From a virus (lineage: Duplodnaviria; Heunggongvirae; Uroviricota; Caudoviricetes), in the IMG/VR virus record IMGVR_UViG_3300027733_000047: 64,000 bases of DNA; one strand, written 5' to 3'. Shown here piece after piece: positions 55,440 through 64,000 of this stretch. The notes beneath the pieces were generated by a model. It saw nothing but the letters and a program-made list of their open reading frames with translations. It had not been told where the DNA came from and made no database searches. The translations under genes were made by a program, and so were the position numbers. Each line of letters starts with the position of its first letter. The first letter of the stretch is position 1.

Positions 55440-55718
55440 CTATTGTTTTTTAAATTCATATCTAACACTATAAATAGTATCTTCAATCCAATCATCTTGA
55501 CTATTTCCATTTGCTATTTTGCCTATCCAAGATTTAATCTCATATAGATAAACAACATCGGGATTAACTCTTTCTAGTTCTTTAAACCACAAACTCATAC
55601 CACCATCTGCTTCTCTATACATTGATTCCTTAACACACCATTTTTCACCTAAATATTGTACATTGTCTAGTGTTGTGTATTCGTCTTGAAGTGGTTTTTT
55701 TACTATTTTAAGTTCCAT
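55440..55718 (-). CDS. hypothetical protein
   Basis: 92-aa ORF. Confidence 0.5.
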   Translation of the reverse strand: MELKIVKKPLQDEYTTLDNVQYLGEKWCVKESMYREADGGMSLWFKELERVNPDVVYLYEIKSWIGKIANGNSQDDWIEDTIYSVRYEFKKQ

Positions 55719-55724
55719 AATCTT

Positions 55725-55946
55725 TTATTGTATTTCTTCGAAAGGTAAATCTTCGAGAATCCAAGTTATTAATTCTCTATCGATTATTTCTTTCCATATA
55801 CCGTCTTCAAGTATAAAAAAGTCACTACCTTTGCTATGTTCGCTAAATCTTATCTCCTGTTGTACACCATTTTTATCTTCTATGGTGCACTCTTTAGTTT
55901 CCATATAGTAAACTACTTCAGGTTCAGTTTTTAATTTGTATTGCAT
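55725..55946 (-). CDS. hypothetical protein
   Basis: 73-aa ORF. Confidence 0.5.
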   Translation of the reverse strand: MQYKLKTEPEVVYYMETKECTIEDKNGVQQEIRFSEHSKGSDFFILEDGIWKEIIDRELITWILEDLPFEEIQ

Positions 55947-55953
55947 ATCTTTA

Positions 55954-56340
55954 TTATTGAGTTGTTTCGTATTCGTACATTACCATATCTTCTGGGTATA
56001 GTATAGCGTATAACATGTGTGTGCTTATTTCTGGTTTAAACTTCTTCATCAAGAACATACACTTGTTGCCATCCTTATCGATACATTTCCAAGTATAGCA
56101 TACGTGGGTGTCGTAAGTTGTCTTATCAGGTGTATCGTATGTCCTGAATTTATAGGAACCTATTTTAATATCCCACTCATTAATAATGATGAACATATCA
56201 GTTGGTTGGTTGGAAGATATTATATTCCATTTATCGCCGTCCCATGTGCTTTTGGTAATATTTGTAACCCTGTTAAAGTCTTGAGAATAACTAAAGAGTG
56301 TTGTGAGTAGACTTACTACTATGAGTGATAATTTTTTCAT
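55954..56340 (-). CDS. secreted hypothetical protein
   Basis: Start moved to internal MKKLSLIVVSLLTTLFSYSQ signal peptide (ATG 56338-56340), which resolves the overlap with 56345..56584. Confidence 0.5.
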   Translation of the reverse strand: MKKLSLIVVSLLTTLFSYSQDFNRVTNITKSTWDGDKWNIISSNQPTDMFIIINEWDIKIGSYKFRTYDTPDKTTYDTHVCYTWKCIDKDGNKCMFLMKKFKPEISTHMLYAILYPEDMVMYEYETTQ

Positions 56341-56344
56341 TTTT

Positions 56345-56584
56345 TTAATGTGATTCAATATGTTTATAAAAAAGGTTTGTAATTTCGTCGCATTCTTCTT
56401 GGGTTTCATTATACTCCATATCAGAAAACATAACACCATGTACAAACCAACCATCATCTATATCCCATTCACTATAGATTATAAATTCTTTTCCATCAGA
56501 TGTATGGCCGATAAATTTCTGAACCATTGATAATGTTTCTGGTTCTTTTAGATTGATATTCATGTTTAAAATTTTATAAAACAA
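56345..56584 (-). CDS. hypothetical protein
   Basis: 79-aa ORF. Confidence 0.45.
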   Translation of the reverse strand: MFYKILNMNINLKEPETLSMVQKFIGHTSDGKEFIIYSEWDIDDGWFVHGVMFSDMEYNETQEECDEITNLFYKHIESH

Positions 56585-56644
56585 ATATACGTATACAACT
56601 ATAAAAATGCAAGAGTTATTAATAATTTGTGGACAATGTTGAGG

Positions 56645-56989
56645 TTAAAGATATATTTGTACCAAAACAATACATAACGCTAAGAATATAGATACACTTA
56701 CTTTAAGTGTTATTGGTTCTCCGAATAGATACCTACTCATCAAGGCAAATACTATCATACCTAAGCTGAATCCAATAAATCTGCTAGGCCATATTTTTCC
56801 ATCAAATGCTATAACAAAGTATTCGACAGATTTTATGTACAACCAAGATAGGGGAATCGCTGCGGCTAACAATAATACAGGATACTTTTGATACCAACCA
56901 TATTTTATGTTACCCTGCAATTGAAGAAACGTACCGATTTGCGCAATAAGACCATAAATAATACCTAAACTTAAACTATTCCAATTCAT
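56645..56989 (-). CDS. membrane protein
   Basis: Multiple TM helices. Confidence 0.55.
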   Translation of the reverse strand: MNWNSLSLGIIYGLIAQIGTFLQLQGNIKYGWYQKYPVLLLAAAIPLSWLYIKSVEYFVIAFDGKIWPSRFIGFSLGMIVFALMSRYLFGEPITLKVSVSIFLALCIVLVQIYL

Positions 56990-57161
56990 TATTCTTCATC
57001 TTTAATTGTTTTTTTTTCAAGTCCTTCTAAAATTGTAACTGGTACGAATGTAATCCAAAATTCCCAAGTTGAAGGACCATAACCGAAATAACCCAAACAA
57101 CCACCAAGCCATACTGACCAAAGAATTCCATAAATTGTACTTTTTTTCATATGTTTATTTT

Positions 57162-57587
57162 TTATCCGATTTCATCTCGGTTTATTTGTGAATAATTAAA
57201 TGCTCTTTGTCTGTACATTGCTTCGTCCAATATATCTAGCGCGGCAGGTAATGCTGCTCTATCATCTAAGAAGTGGTTGCAATAAGGTTTACTACCTTTT
57301 TGGCCGTAGGGTAACTCGATTGGTGTTTGGTTGATTGAATCAACCTTGATACCAATTTTATCGCAATACTCCATTATATGTTGGTGTCTATCTTCGTTGC
57401 ACGCTGTGTGTATAACGGTGTAGCAGCCAACCCCTTGACACTCCTTTAGAAGCTTGATTGTTCTATCGATATCTTCTTGGTTATCTAGAGTATGGTAAGG
57501 TGAAATGGTGCTGTCAAAATCCACACCTATGATTATCTTACCATGAGATTGCCATTCTTGTACTAGGCGGTCTATATATTTTTTCAT
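57162..57587 (-). CDS. HAD-superfamily phosphatase-like protein (possible nucleotidase)
   Basis: GVDFDSTIS (DxDxT motif I). Confidence 0.4.
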   Translation of the reverse strand: MKKYIDRLVQEWQSHGKIIIGVDFDSTISPYHTLDNQEDIDRTIKLLKECQGVGCYTVIHTACNEDRHQHIMEYCDKIGIKVDSINQTPIELPYGQKGSKPYCNHFLDDRAALPAALDILDEAMYRQRAFNYSQINRDEIG

Positions 57588-57595
57588 GTTTATAA

Positions 57596-57805
57596 TTATT
57601 TTTTATCTTTTATAAATTCATTGTAAAGTAATTCCCAATCGTCAGATAAATAATCTTTTTCTCCGAGCCATTTAAAGACATCTTTGATTGTAAATCCATT
57701 AACGGATTTGGTCATTGTTTCTCTGTATGTTGGTGATACGTTTTTAAATTCATGACCACATTGACAAGGGGTTGACCAGCATTCTGAACAATCTGATAAT
57801 GCCAT
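57596..57805 (-). CDS. small Cys-rich zinc-finger-like protein
   Basis: CSECWSTPCQCGH. Confidence 0.45.
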   Translation of the reverse strand: MALSDCSECWSTPCQCGHEFKNVSPTYRETMTKSVNGFTIKDVFKWLGEKDYLSDDWELLYNEFIKDKK

Positions 57806-57806
57806 A

Positions 57807-58286
57807 TTAAAGTGTTTTTAATTCTTGTTTAACAAGTGTTAGTGCTTGACCTAATAGGTTTAAGCCAAACCAATATGATGGATTATCAATACCTTCGGCA
57901 TCTTCTGCCAACCCTATACCCCAGATGTTATCTAGTGGTGATGCTTCAACAAAGATTCTATCTTCGGTTTCTAACATTTGTTCTTTAAGGTCTTGGTTCT
58001 GACTAAACTTAGCCAAGTTGCCTTCGTAAACGATGGCCAAGCAATTCTTATCCCAAATAGCTTTGTCAAAGTTTCTAATCATTCTGCCGAATCTTTTTTG
58101 TTCTCTTGGGTTTTTTTCTTCCATGATTTGTTCAGCGATTTCCATGTCATTGAATAACAAGGCTTTCTGATACATCATGTATTGTTCGCATGAATTGTAT
58201 TCAATCCCATCGATTGTCATGTCGGCTTTATGCCATTGGGAATATATCCCATTCCAGAAGAATACGTATTTGTCTGTTATTTTCAT
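57807..58286 (-). CDS. NADAR-domain protein (YbiA-like)
   Basis: FFWNGIYSQW...IDGIEYNSCEQYMMYQKALLF...GNLAKFSQN...VEASPLDNIWGIG matches the NADAR/DUF1768 pattern. Confidence 0.7.
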   Translation of the reverse strand: MKITDKYVFFWNGIYSQWHKADMTIDGIEYNSCEQYMMYQKALLFNDMEIAEQIMEEKNPREQKRFGRMIRNFDKAIWDKNCLAIVYEGNLAKFSQNQDLKEQMLETEDRIFVEASPLDNIWGIGLAEDAEGIDNPSYWFGLNLLGQALTLVKQELKTL

Positions 58287-58290
58287 TTTA

Positions 58291-58632
58291 TTAATTTTTA
58301 TATTCTACATATGTTATTTTAATTCCTAAGTCTTTTGCGTAAGCTATTTCTTCGGCTACGCCCTTAGATTTGTCCCAACCTTCCATCATGTAAACAATCA
58401 TTTCATCACATCTATTTAAGAATGTCAGACAAAAGTTTTCCCAAAAAGGCCAATCGGTTGGCATGTCAGGTTGAAAGTTTACTGCGGTATGTCCGTATAG
58501 TATTGGGCTAAAAGCTACAACGCCATTGTTGATAAGTTCAGCTGTATACTTGGAAACCTTTTGATAGTTTTCTTCTCTAACATTGTCATCAGGATGACTA
58601 TATGGAGATGAAACAAAGATTAGTTTTCTCAC
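58291..58632 (-). CDS. DUF4406 / nucleoside 2-deoxyribosyltransferase-like protein
   Basis: IFVSSPYS... ...CDEMIVYMMEGWDKSKGVAEEIAYAKDLG pattern. Confidence 0.5.
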   Translation of the reverse strand: MRKLIFVSSPYSHPDDNVREENYQKVSKYTAELINNGVVAFSPILYGHTAVNFQPDMPTDWPFWENFCLTFLNRCDEMIVYMMEGWDKSKGVAEEIAYAKDLGIKITYVEYKN

Positions 58633-59408
58633 TTCAAACGATTTTTAATTTCAGTTAATGTTGTTTGGTTTTCAAAGTTACCATCTAGGTAAAGTGTTTT
58701 CAATTGACCTTTGGTTTCTGTTTCCCAAGTTACTTTATCGAATAGTTTTAATTCACCATCGTCATCATTTTTACCAACGTACAAAAGTCCTGTAGCTGAT
58801 TTCTTCATACCATCATCTGTAATTGGGTCTTTAAAGATTTCACGACCTTCAAAATTAACCTCAACATATGTTGCTTTCATTGCAAACCCGAATGTATCGC
58901 GAGTGTTGAATTGGTAAGTGAATGAACCAACACCCAACACGATATTTGTGCTTGCAAATCCTTTTGCTTCTAATCTAGAACAGATTTCTTCTGCTCTGTC
59001 GATTGTGATGCTGTCACCATAGATTGCACCGATGTGTGAATCTAGGACCTTGTAACCTTGTTCGTTAATGGTTCCACCGAATACATCCCAAAGCAATTCA
59101 ATAACTCCTTTGTAAGATGGGTCTTCGTCATCAACTAAACTTACCATTTTAGAACGGGTATTATATCCGCAAACAATATCAACAGGGTCGCCTGAATCAG
59201 GACGTATTACCAATTTACCATCACGAGCTAGGATTTCTTCTTTGAGAATAGGTAAATACTCTGTACACATTCTCCAGAGGTCAAATGTATCACTTACCAT
59301 ACTAAGTATTCCTGTAGGATATTTTGCTAATAACCCTCTAATACCGTTTAATTCATCAGTAACTGTTTTTGTTACAGTTCTTTTTCTAGTTTCAATAACT
59401 TTTTTCAT
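58629..59408 (-). CDS. nicotinamide phosphoribosyltransferase-family protein, C-terminal half (split gene)
   Basis: KLVIRPDSGDPVDIV, IVLGVGSFTYQ, EIFKDPITD align with the NAMPT C-terminal half (LIIRPDSGNPLD, IAFGSGGGLLQ, NVFKDPVAD). Confidence 0.75.
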   Translation of the reverse strand: MKKVIETRKRTVTKTVTDELNGIRGLLAKYPTGILSMVSDTFDLWRMCTEYLPILKEEILARDGKLVIRPDSGDPVDIVCGYNTRSKMVSLVDDEDPSYKGVIELLWDVFGGTINEQGYKVLDSHIGAIYGDSITIDRAEEICSRLEAKGFASTNIVLGVGSFTYQFNTRDTFGFAMKATYVEVNFEGREIFKDPITDDGMKKSATGLLYVGKNDDDGELKLFDKVTWETETKGQLKTLYLDGNFENQTTLTEIKNRLK

Positions 59409-60476
59409 TATTTAAGTTTTAATTATACTTTTATTTATTCCTTTCTAAAAAATCCATCACTTCAATTTCTTTTGGAACATCTATATTTTTGAACTGTTCT
59501 TTGAACTTTTCAATTAGATGGTCAGCAATTTCCATTGATTCTACCGTAAATTTTATTCTTGTAATATCATCTGGATAATTCTCAAAATTTTCATCTTCGT
59601 ATTTTAAATAATATACTTTCATTGTTTAGGTTGTTTAAGTTTAGAATACAAATATACGAACAATATTTGAAATAACAAAATTAATTTTAAAGGTTTGTAT
59701 TAATTTAATACATTTTTTAGTTTTTTTATGTCTTTTGTGTAGGTAGTAGATATTTATTAGTATGAACCACGAACAAATATACAATAAAATCATTAATAAC
59801 GCAAAATCTCAAATAAGGTCTAAAAAAGATTCTTATTTTGAAAGACATCACATTATCCCTAAAACCGCTGGTGGTGATAATTCAAAAGAAAATATCGTTC
59901 TACTAACAGCTAAAGAACACTTTGTTTGCCACCGTCTATTATGTTTCATATACCCTGAATCAAAATCCCTACGTTTTGCTTTTTGGGCGATGTGTAACCA
60001 ATTAAAAGGCGATGTTAAACGAGATTATAAAGTAACATCAAGAACATACGAAGATGCAAAACTAAAATTCAAAGAAGTTAATTCATCTTTACATAAAGGT
60101 AAAAAACTTTCAGACGAACATCTGTTAAAAATTACCAAAAGAATGTTATCTGATGATAATCCAATGAAAGGTAGAAAAGGTTCTGATAATCCATTATATA
60201 AAAAAGAACGAAGTGAATACACCAAATCTAAAATTTCAAATACCAAACTCTTAAACCCAACAAAAAATTGTAATTTTAAAGGCTTATATGTTACACCTTT
60301 AGGTAAGTTTTATACTTCGGCAGAAGCATCTAAAATACATAAATTAGATAGGTCTGTCATAATTGAAAGATGTAAAGTAAAGTCCGATAAAGTTATTACA
60401 AAAAAAGGTGTATTCTTTTCTAAAGATTTAACAATTAATGATATTGGTAAAACATATAAAGAGGTTGGATGGGATT
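59409..60476. mobile_element. homing-endonuclease-bearing insertion splitting the NAMPT-family gene
   Basis: About 1.07 kb separates the N- and C-terminal NAMPT halves; it contains the HNH ORF and one small ORF. Confidence 0.55.
59431..59622 (-). CDS. hypothetical protein inside the insertion that splits the NAMPT gene
   Basis: 63-aa ORF with promoter variant 59640-59690. Confidence 0.45.
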   Translation of the reverse strand: MKVYYLKYEDENFENYPDDITRIKFTVESMEIADHLIEKFKEQFKNIDVPKEIEVMDFLERNK

Positions 60477-60499
60477 TTATATCTCAACCTCAGAAATAA
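59762..60499 (+). CDS. HNH homing endonuclease
   Basis: FERHHIIPKTAGGDNSKENIVLLTAKEHFVCH HNH motif; plus strand between the two NAMPT halves. Confidence 0.7.
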   Translation: MNHEQIYNKIINNAKSQIRSKKDSYFERHHIIPKTAGGDNSKENIVLLTAKEHFVCHRLLCFIYPESKSLRFAFWAMCNQLKGDVKRDYKVTSRTYEDAKLKFKEVNSSLHKGKKLSDEHLLKITKRMLSDDNPMKGRKGSDNPLYKKERSEYTKSKISNTKLLNPTKNCNFKGLYVTPLGKFYTSAEASKIHKLDRSVIIERCKVKSDKVITKKGVFFSKDLTINDIGKTYKEVGWDFISQPQK

Positions 60500-61307
60500 T
60501 GTTTCCATTATCATCATAAGTTATCTCTACTTTATATTCTTCTTCAACTTCAACCTTTTTAAACTCGGTTATAGAGCACATTACCGAGTGTTCGGTTGCG
60601 TTTACGCTACCACCAACGAATCCTGTTTCACCATAATACTTTCTAGCACCGCCGATAGCTGGCAATGAATCGGTACCTGAGAATGATGTCAAGTGACCTA
60701 ACCCTGAGCTTATTGTTGCATCGATTGAATCCAATCCTCTCATTGAGAAATCATGTCCTTGCCAGTCGATAAACCATGCTCTTTCAGCATCAGTTTTTTC
60801 TTGCCACTTGGTTAATACCTTACGATATTGGTGAGCGATGGTAGCAGATGTTGTTGGTTTCCACAAAAGGTTTGAAATGATTGTTTCAAGGTAATTTGTT
60901 ATCCAATAGAAATCAGGATGTGTGTTGTGGATTGTAAGAATAGGAATTCTCATTGGTACTAGTGTTCCTTCTTCTAGTATCTTTACATGGATAGGTAAGT
61001 AACCCAAGTCATGTAGTTTTTCAAAGTGTGTAACATCGTAATCGGTACCTAAGTACATTGATAGTTCGCGTTTAATTTCACCACAAACTTCAGATTTCAT
61101 TCTATTAAAGAAATCATCTCTGAATGCTTCGTTGATTTGTTTCATTACCATTTGTTGACCAAATGATACAACTTTATCACAACCCTTTGGAGCGTATTTG
61201 TTGCTACGTGGTGTAAAGTTTGAATAAACTAATGTTGTACCTTGTGGATACATTTGATGGTGTGCTGTTTTATAACCATCGGTAAGTAAAAGTGGATTGA
61301 TTTTCAT
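60477..61307 (-). CDS. nicotinamide phosphoribosyltransferase-family protein, N-terminal half (split gene)
   Basis: INPLLLTDGYKTAHHQMYPQGT ... FSGTDSLPAIGGARKYYG ... ATEHSVM align with the NAMPT N-terminal half (NILLATDSYKVTHYKQYP ... FKGTDTVAGLALIKKYYG ... AAEHSTI); the C-terminal roughly 30 aa do not align. Confidence 0.75.
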   Translation of the reverse strand: MKINPLLLTDGYKTAHHQMYPQGTTLVYSNFTPRSNKYAPKGCDKVVSFGQQMVMKQINEAFRDDFFNRMKSEVCGEIKRELSMYLGTDYDVTHFEKLHDLGYLPIHVKILEEGTLVPMRIPILTIHNTHPDFYWITNYLETIISNLLWKPTTSATIAHQYRKVLTKWQEKTDAERAWFIDWQGHDFSMRGLDSIDATISSGLGHLTSFSGTDSLPAIGGARKYYGETGFVGGSVNATEHSVMCSITEFKKVEVEEEYKVEITYDDNGNIISEVEI

Positions 61308-61317
61308 AATTTTATTT

Positions 61318-62085
61318 TTAAAAATGTGTATAAATTGTTAAGTTAGATAATTCGTATTTATCGTATTTGCTATTGGTGCAATAGATTTTTTCGTATAGGT
61401 TTTCTAATTCTTTATTAGGGTTAGGCACAGTAATGTGACTTACTGCAAGATAAAGCTTACCAACATTTTTTGTTTTAAGTAGCTTGGCCAAGCCTACAAA
61501 TGTTCCACCGAACACACATAAGTCATCTAGGACTAGGATGTCAGCACCTTCAAAATCTTCTTTGTCGATGGTTTGTGTCAATTTGTGTGTTACCAAATCT
61601 CTAGACTTGCTAGCAGCATATACGCCACCTTCGTGATGTAATGTATCAGCAAGTTTGTTAATCCATTTGAATGACCCAGCGTCTGTTGATAAGAAGATGG
61701 GTGTTGATTTGATATCTTCCAATACAGAACCGATAAAGATAGAGTTATCTATAACCCTGCTGTTATTTAAACCCATTAGGGTTGAATCGCTATGTGGGTG
61801 ATATACATAAACCCTTGCAAAGTTGCATGAGTTGATAAAATCACATACCAATTTTAATTCAAACGATTGGTTGGTTTCAAATCTGCGGTCATGTTGTTGT
61901 TGAAACATGCAAGGGATTTTAAGAACAACATTTTGAATCTGATTAAAATCACATATGTCTTTAAGTGACTTGATAAAGAATAAATCTTCGTAGGTGTTGA
62001 TTCTTTCTGTGATTACTGGTTCTCTGAAATCGGTAATCTCTGCGTAAACGGTACCGTCTGGGTATTTGATTCGATTGTAAAGCAT
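61318..62085 (-). CDS. ribose-phosphate pyrophosphokinase-family protein (Prs / ADPR-PP-synthetase-like)
   Basis: KIPCMFQQQHDRR (compare YARQDRR), STDAGSFKWINKLA, ILVLDDLCVFGGT (compare DDIIDTAGT) in Prs order. Confidence 0.7.
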   Translation of the reverse strand: MLYNRIKYPDGTVYAEITDFREPVITERINTYEDLFFIKSLKDICDFNQIQNVVLKIPCMFQQQHDRRFETNQSFELKLVCDFINSCNFARVYVYHPHSDSTLMGLNNSRVIDNSIFIGSVLEDIKSTPIFLSTDAGSFKWINKLADTLHHEGGVYAASKSRDLVTHKLTQTIDKEDFEGADILVLDDLCVFGGTFVGLAKLLKTKNVGKLYLAVSHITVPNPNKELENLYEKIYCTNSKYDKYELSNLTIYTHF

Positions 62086-62107
62086 TTGTTTTATTTTTTA
62101 ATTGTTA

Positions 62108-62896
62108 TTATTTATATTGCCATATATATCCAATGGCTGTTTTTGCTCTTCCATTAAGACAATTTGATATGTTGGTCCCAGTTTTTAAATTAAGTTCTTT
62201 AATAATATCTTGAATACTATTCCATTCTTTAATTAAATTCATATTTTTATCATACTGAATTACTTTTTTAAATTTTAAATTAATGTATGGTTTAACACTT
62301 TTTAATTTTTTTGTTAAAAATAATTTTTTATTTTTCTTCAGATAGGCACCATTGTAAATTGAATTCCGTAGAGTACTTAATTTTATGTTGTAGTAATCAG
62401 AAGCAACTTTAATCGATTCCCATTCTTTAATGAAAAAACCCGTTTCATCGTATTCGTAACATTTTTGACATATTTGTTTTTTCCACATTGAAGAGTCTCG
62501 TTTCACACCTAATTTACTATCTGAAATTTTTTTTCTTGTTTCATATGAAAATTTTCGCAAAGTTTTATTATACTCACCAATTTTTCTTTTAGCCTCGGAT
62601 GTATGTTTTCGACCTTCACAATTTCCAGCAACTGGGCATACATTATATTGTGATGGTGTATTATCAATCCACCACTGCTCTCTCTCTATCAATTTATCCT
62701 TATTTTCAATATGTTCTAAAATAATAAATTCAAAATTTTCTTTACCGTATTTATTCCAAGCGTTTTGTAAAATAATTGAATGGTGTTCATTTTTTTTAAG
62801 TTTAGATAAATGAGAATTTTTTCTTTTATTAAATTTAATTGTTGACCCGACGTATCGTTTCATATTGATTTTATTAAGTATACAATATATTACCAT
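62108..62896 (-). CDS. GIY-YIG homing endonuclease
   Basis: VIYCILNKINMKRYVGST...R..SH and NAWNKYGKENFEFIILE (I-TevI-like). Confidence 0.7.
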   Translation of the reverse strand: MVIYCILNKINMKRYVGSTIKFNKRKNSHLSKLKKNEHHSIILQNAWNKYGKENFEFIILEHIENKDKLIEREQWWIDNTPSQYNVCPVAGNCEGRKHTSEAKRKIGEYNKTLRKFSYETRKKISDSKLGVKRDSSMWKKQICQKCYEYDETGFFIKEWESIKVASDYYNIKLSTLRNSIYNGAYLKKNKKLFLTKKLKSVKPYINLKFKKVIQYDKNMNLIKEWNSIQDIIKELNLKTGTNISNCLNGRAKTAIGYIWQYK

Positions 62897-62985
62897 GACA
62901 TTTTAGTTTATGTAATATAAATATACTAATTATCTAAAAAAAGTCTAATTTATTGATACCTGTGTCTTGTGTATATCATAATTTG

Positions 62986-63180
62986 TTATTTAAAAAAATC
63001 ATTATCTTCAAAAAATTCTTTTATTCTTGGTAGGTATATTATGAATAACACACCTAATAGTACTATTGATAGTATCATAATTAACACAAATAGTGGGTGC
63101 CAAAACACCAGATAAAAAGCAATAAACAATGCTAGTATTTTTGCTATATTTTTTAATATTCTTTCTTGATTAGGTCTCAT
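62986..63180 (-). CDS. small membrane protein
   Basis: Two TM helices. Confidence 0.45.
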   Translation of the reverse strand: MRPNQERILKNIAKILALFIAFYLVFWHPLFVLIMILSIVLLGVLFIIYLPRIKEFFEDNDFFK

Positions 63181-63186
63181 AATATT

Positions 63187-63465
63187 TTAATTTTTTGATT
63201 TCCAAAACTGATACCACTTACGTACCTTAGGTGGATTACATTTGCTAAAAGGATTATGACCAAATGATACTTTATTTAAGTATTTTGACGTTAACATATT
63301 AATCATAATCTCATGGTACTCAATTGGGATATCTTTAAAATCGGCAGATACATCAACTTTTAAATCGATGGTACCATTTTCGGTTTGAAGCGTGAAATAT
63401 TCATTCATTCTAACCACTGTGGATGATGTTACATAAATAACATCAGCGTTTAAATTAATTTCCAT
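63187..63465 (-). CDS. hypothetical protein
   Basis: 92-aa ORF. Confidence 0.5.
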   Translation of the reverse strand: MEINLNADVIYVTSSTVVRMNEYFTLQTENGTIDLKVDVSADFKDIPIEYHEIMINMLTSKYLNKVSFGHNPFSKCNPPKVRKWYQFWKSKN

Positions 63466-63541
63466 ATTGCAAATATATGCTTTTTTGATGTAAAAAACAA
63501 TTTTTTTGGTAAAAACTTTATATTTATAGTAAACTATTTTT

Positions 63542-63913
63542 ATGAAAGAACAATTAGTAACAATGATGCTTCAAATACAAAACCAAATTAAAATTTTACA
63601 TTGGCAAACATTTTCTGAAGCAAGACACGTAGCATATGGTAATTATTATGACAGCCTTGGTGGAAACATTGATGAATTTGTTGAGGTTATGATGGGTAAA
63701 TATGGTAGATTTCAGTTACCAGAAGAAGGTACTAAATTAGAAATATTCAACCTTAAAACCTTGGAAATCAATTCATTCCTAGATACCGTAACTGATTTTT
63801 TAATTAACATGACTGACCAATTAGACGCTAGAAAAGATACCGATTTATTAAATATCAGAGACGAAATGTTAAGTGATACAAATAAATTAAGATATCTATT
63901 AACTCAAAAGTAA
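63542..63913 (+). CDS. hypothetical protein
   Basis: 123-aa plus-strand ORF after the strand switch near 63.5 kb. Confidence 0.5.
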   Translation: MKEQLVTMMLQIQNQIKILHWQTFSEARHVAYGNYYDSLGGNIDEFVEVMMGKYGRFQLPEEGTKLEIFNLKTLEINSFLDTVTDFLINMTDQLDARKDTDLLNIRDEMLSDTNKLRYLLTQK

Positions 63914-64000
63914 TTGATACTGTTCCCTGTATTTTAATACAGCTAAATCCTTAGCCTTTGCTTCAATCTCAATATCGAAGTCCAGACCAAAAGTCTGGAT

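Overview
This window is AT-rich (roughly one-third GC by eye) and densely packed with about 130 mostly small genes, nearly all on the minus strand. The gene set and signals point to a large virulent phage of a Bacteroidota host, Flavobacteriia-like. The evidence is that almost every small gene carries the Bacteroidota sigma-A promoter consensus (TTTGG, about 19 nt, TAnnTTTG; on the plus strand it reads CAAATATAnGAyTAA...ACCAAATTTATTTT) within 0-20 nt of its ATG, signal peptides are of the Flavobacterium type, and there is a protein with a type IX secretion (T9SS) type-B C-terminal sorting domain, three homing endonucleases and long arrays of unknown ORFs. No capsid, terminase or tail genes are recognisable, so this looks like an early/accessory region. 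Recognisable products, from the minus-strand ORFs, are: two HExxH putative metallopeptidases and a SprT-like Zn-metallopeptidase; two DUF932-like paralogs; a ParB/DGQHR-like nuclease-domain protein; a SPFH/band-7 protein; a PKD-repeat secreted protein; a T9SS-sorted protein; a UDP-2,3-diacylglucosamine hydrolase (LpxH)-like metallophosphoesterase; a family-2 glycosyltransferase; a small SET-domain protein; a hotdog thioesterase; a GNAT acetyltransferase; a thymidylate synthase with the L. casei-type insertion; a HAD phosphatase; a NADAR protein; a DUF4406 protein; a Prs-family (ribose-phosphate pyrophosphokinase) homolog; and a nicotinamide phosphoribosyltransferase (NAMPT)-family gene split in two by a homing-endonuclease insertion. 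The last five form a NAD+ reconstitution/anti-defence island, flanked by a GIY-YIG endonuclease. The region at 4.4-9 kb is mostly non-coding regulatory sequence (two further copies of the mini-unit family sit at 15.5 kb and 32.6 kb): it holds a family of at least 8 conserved promoter-plus-palindrome mini-units (candidate sRNAs), a 20-bp TGTACAC...GTGTACA palindrome present 9 times in the window, hairpins carrying perfect DnaA-box 9-mers, TGCTAAA-N3-TTTAGCA palindromes, a G-quadruplex-prone G tract, and a roughly 1-kb ORF-free GC-shifted region next to an HNH endonuclease. I worked from sequence reading and motif recognition only; no searches were run.
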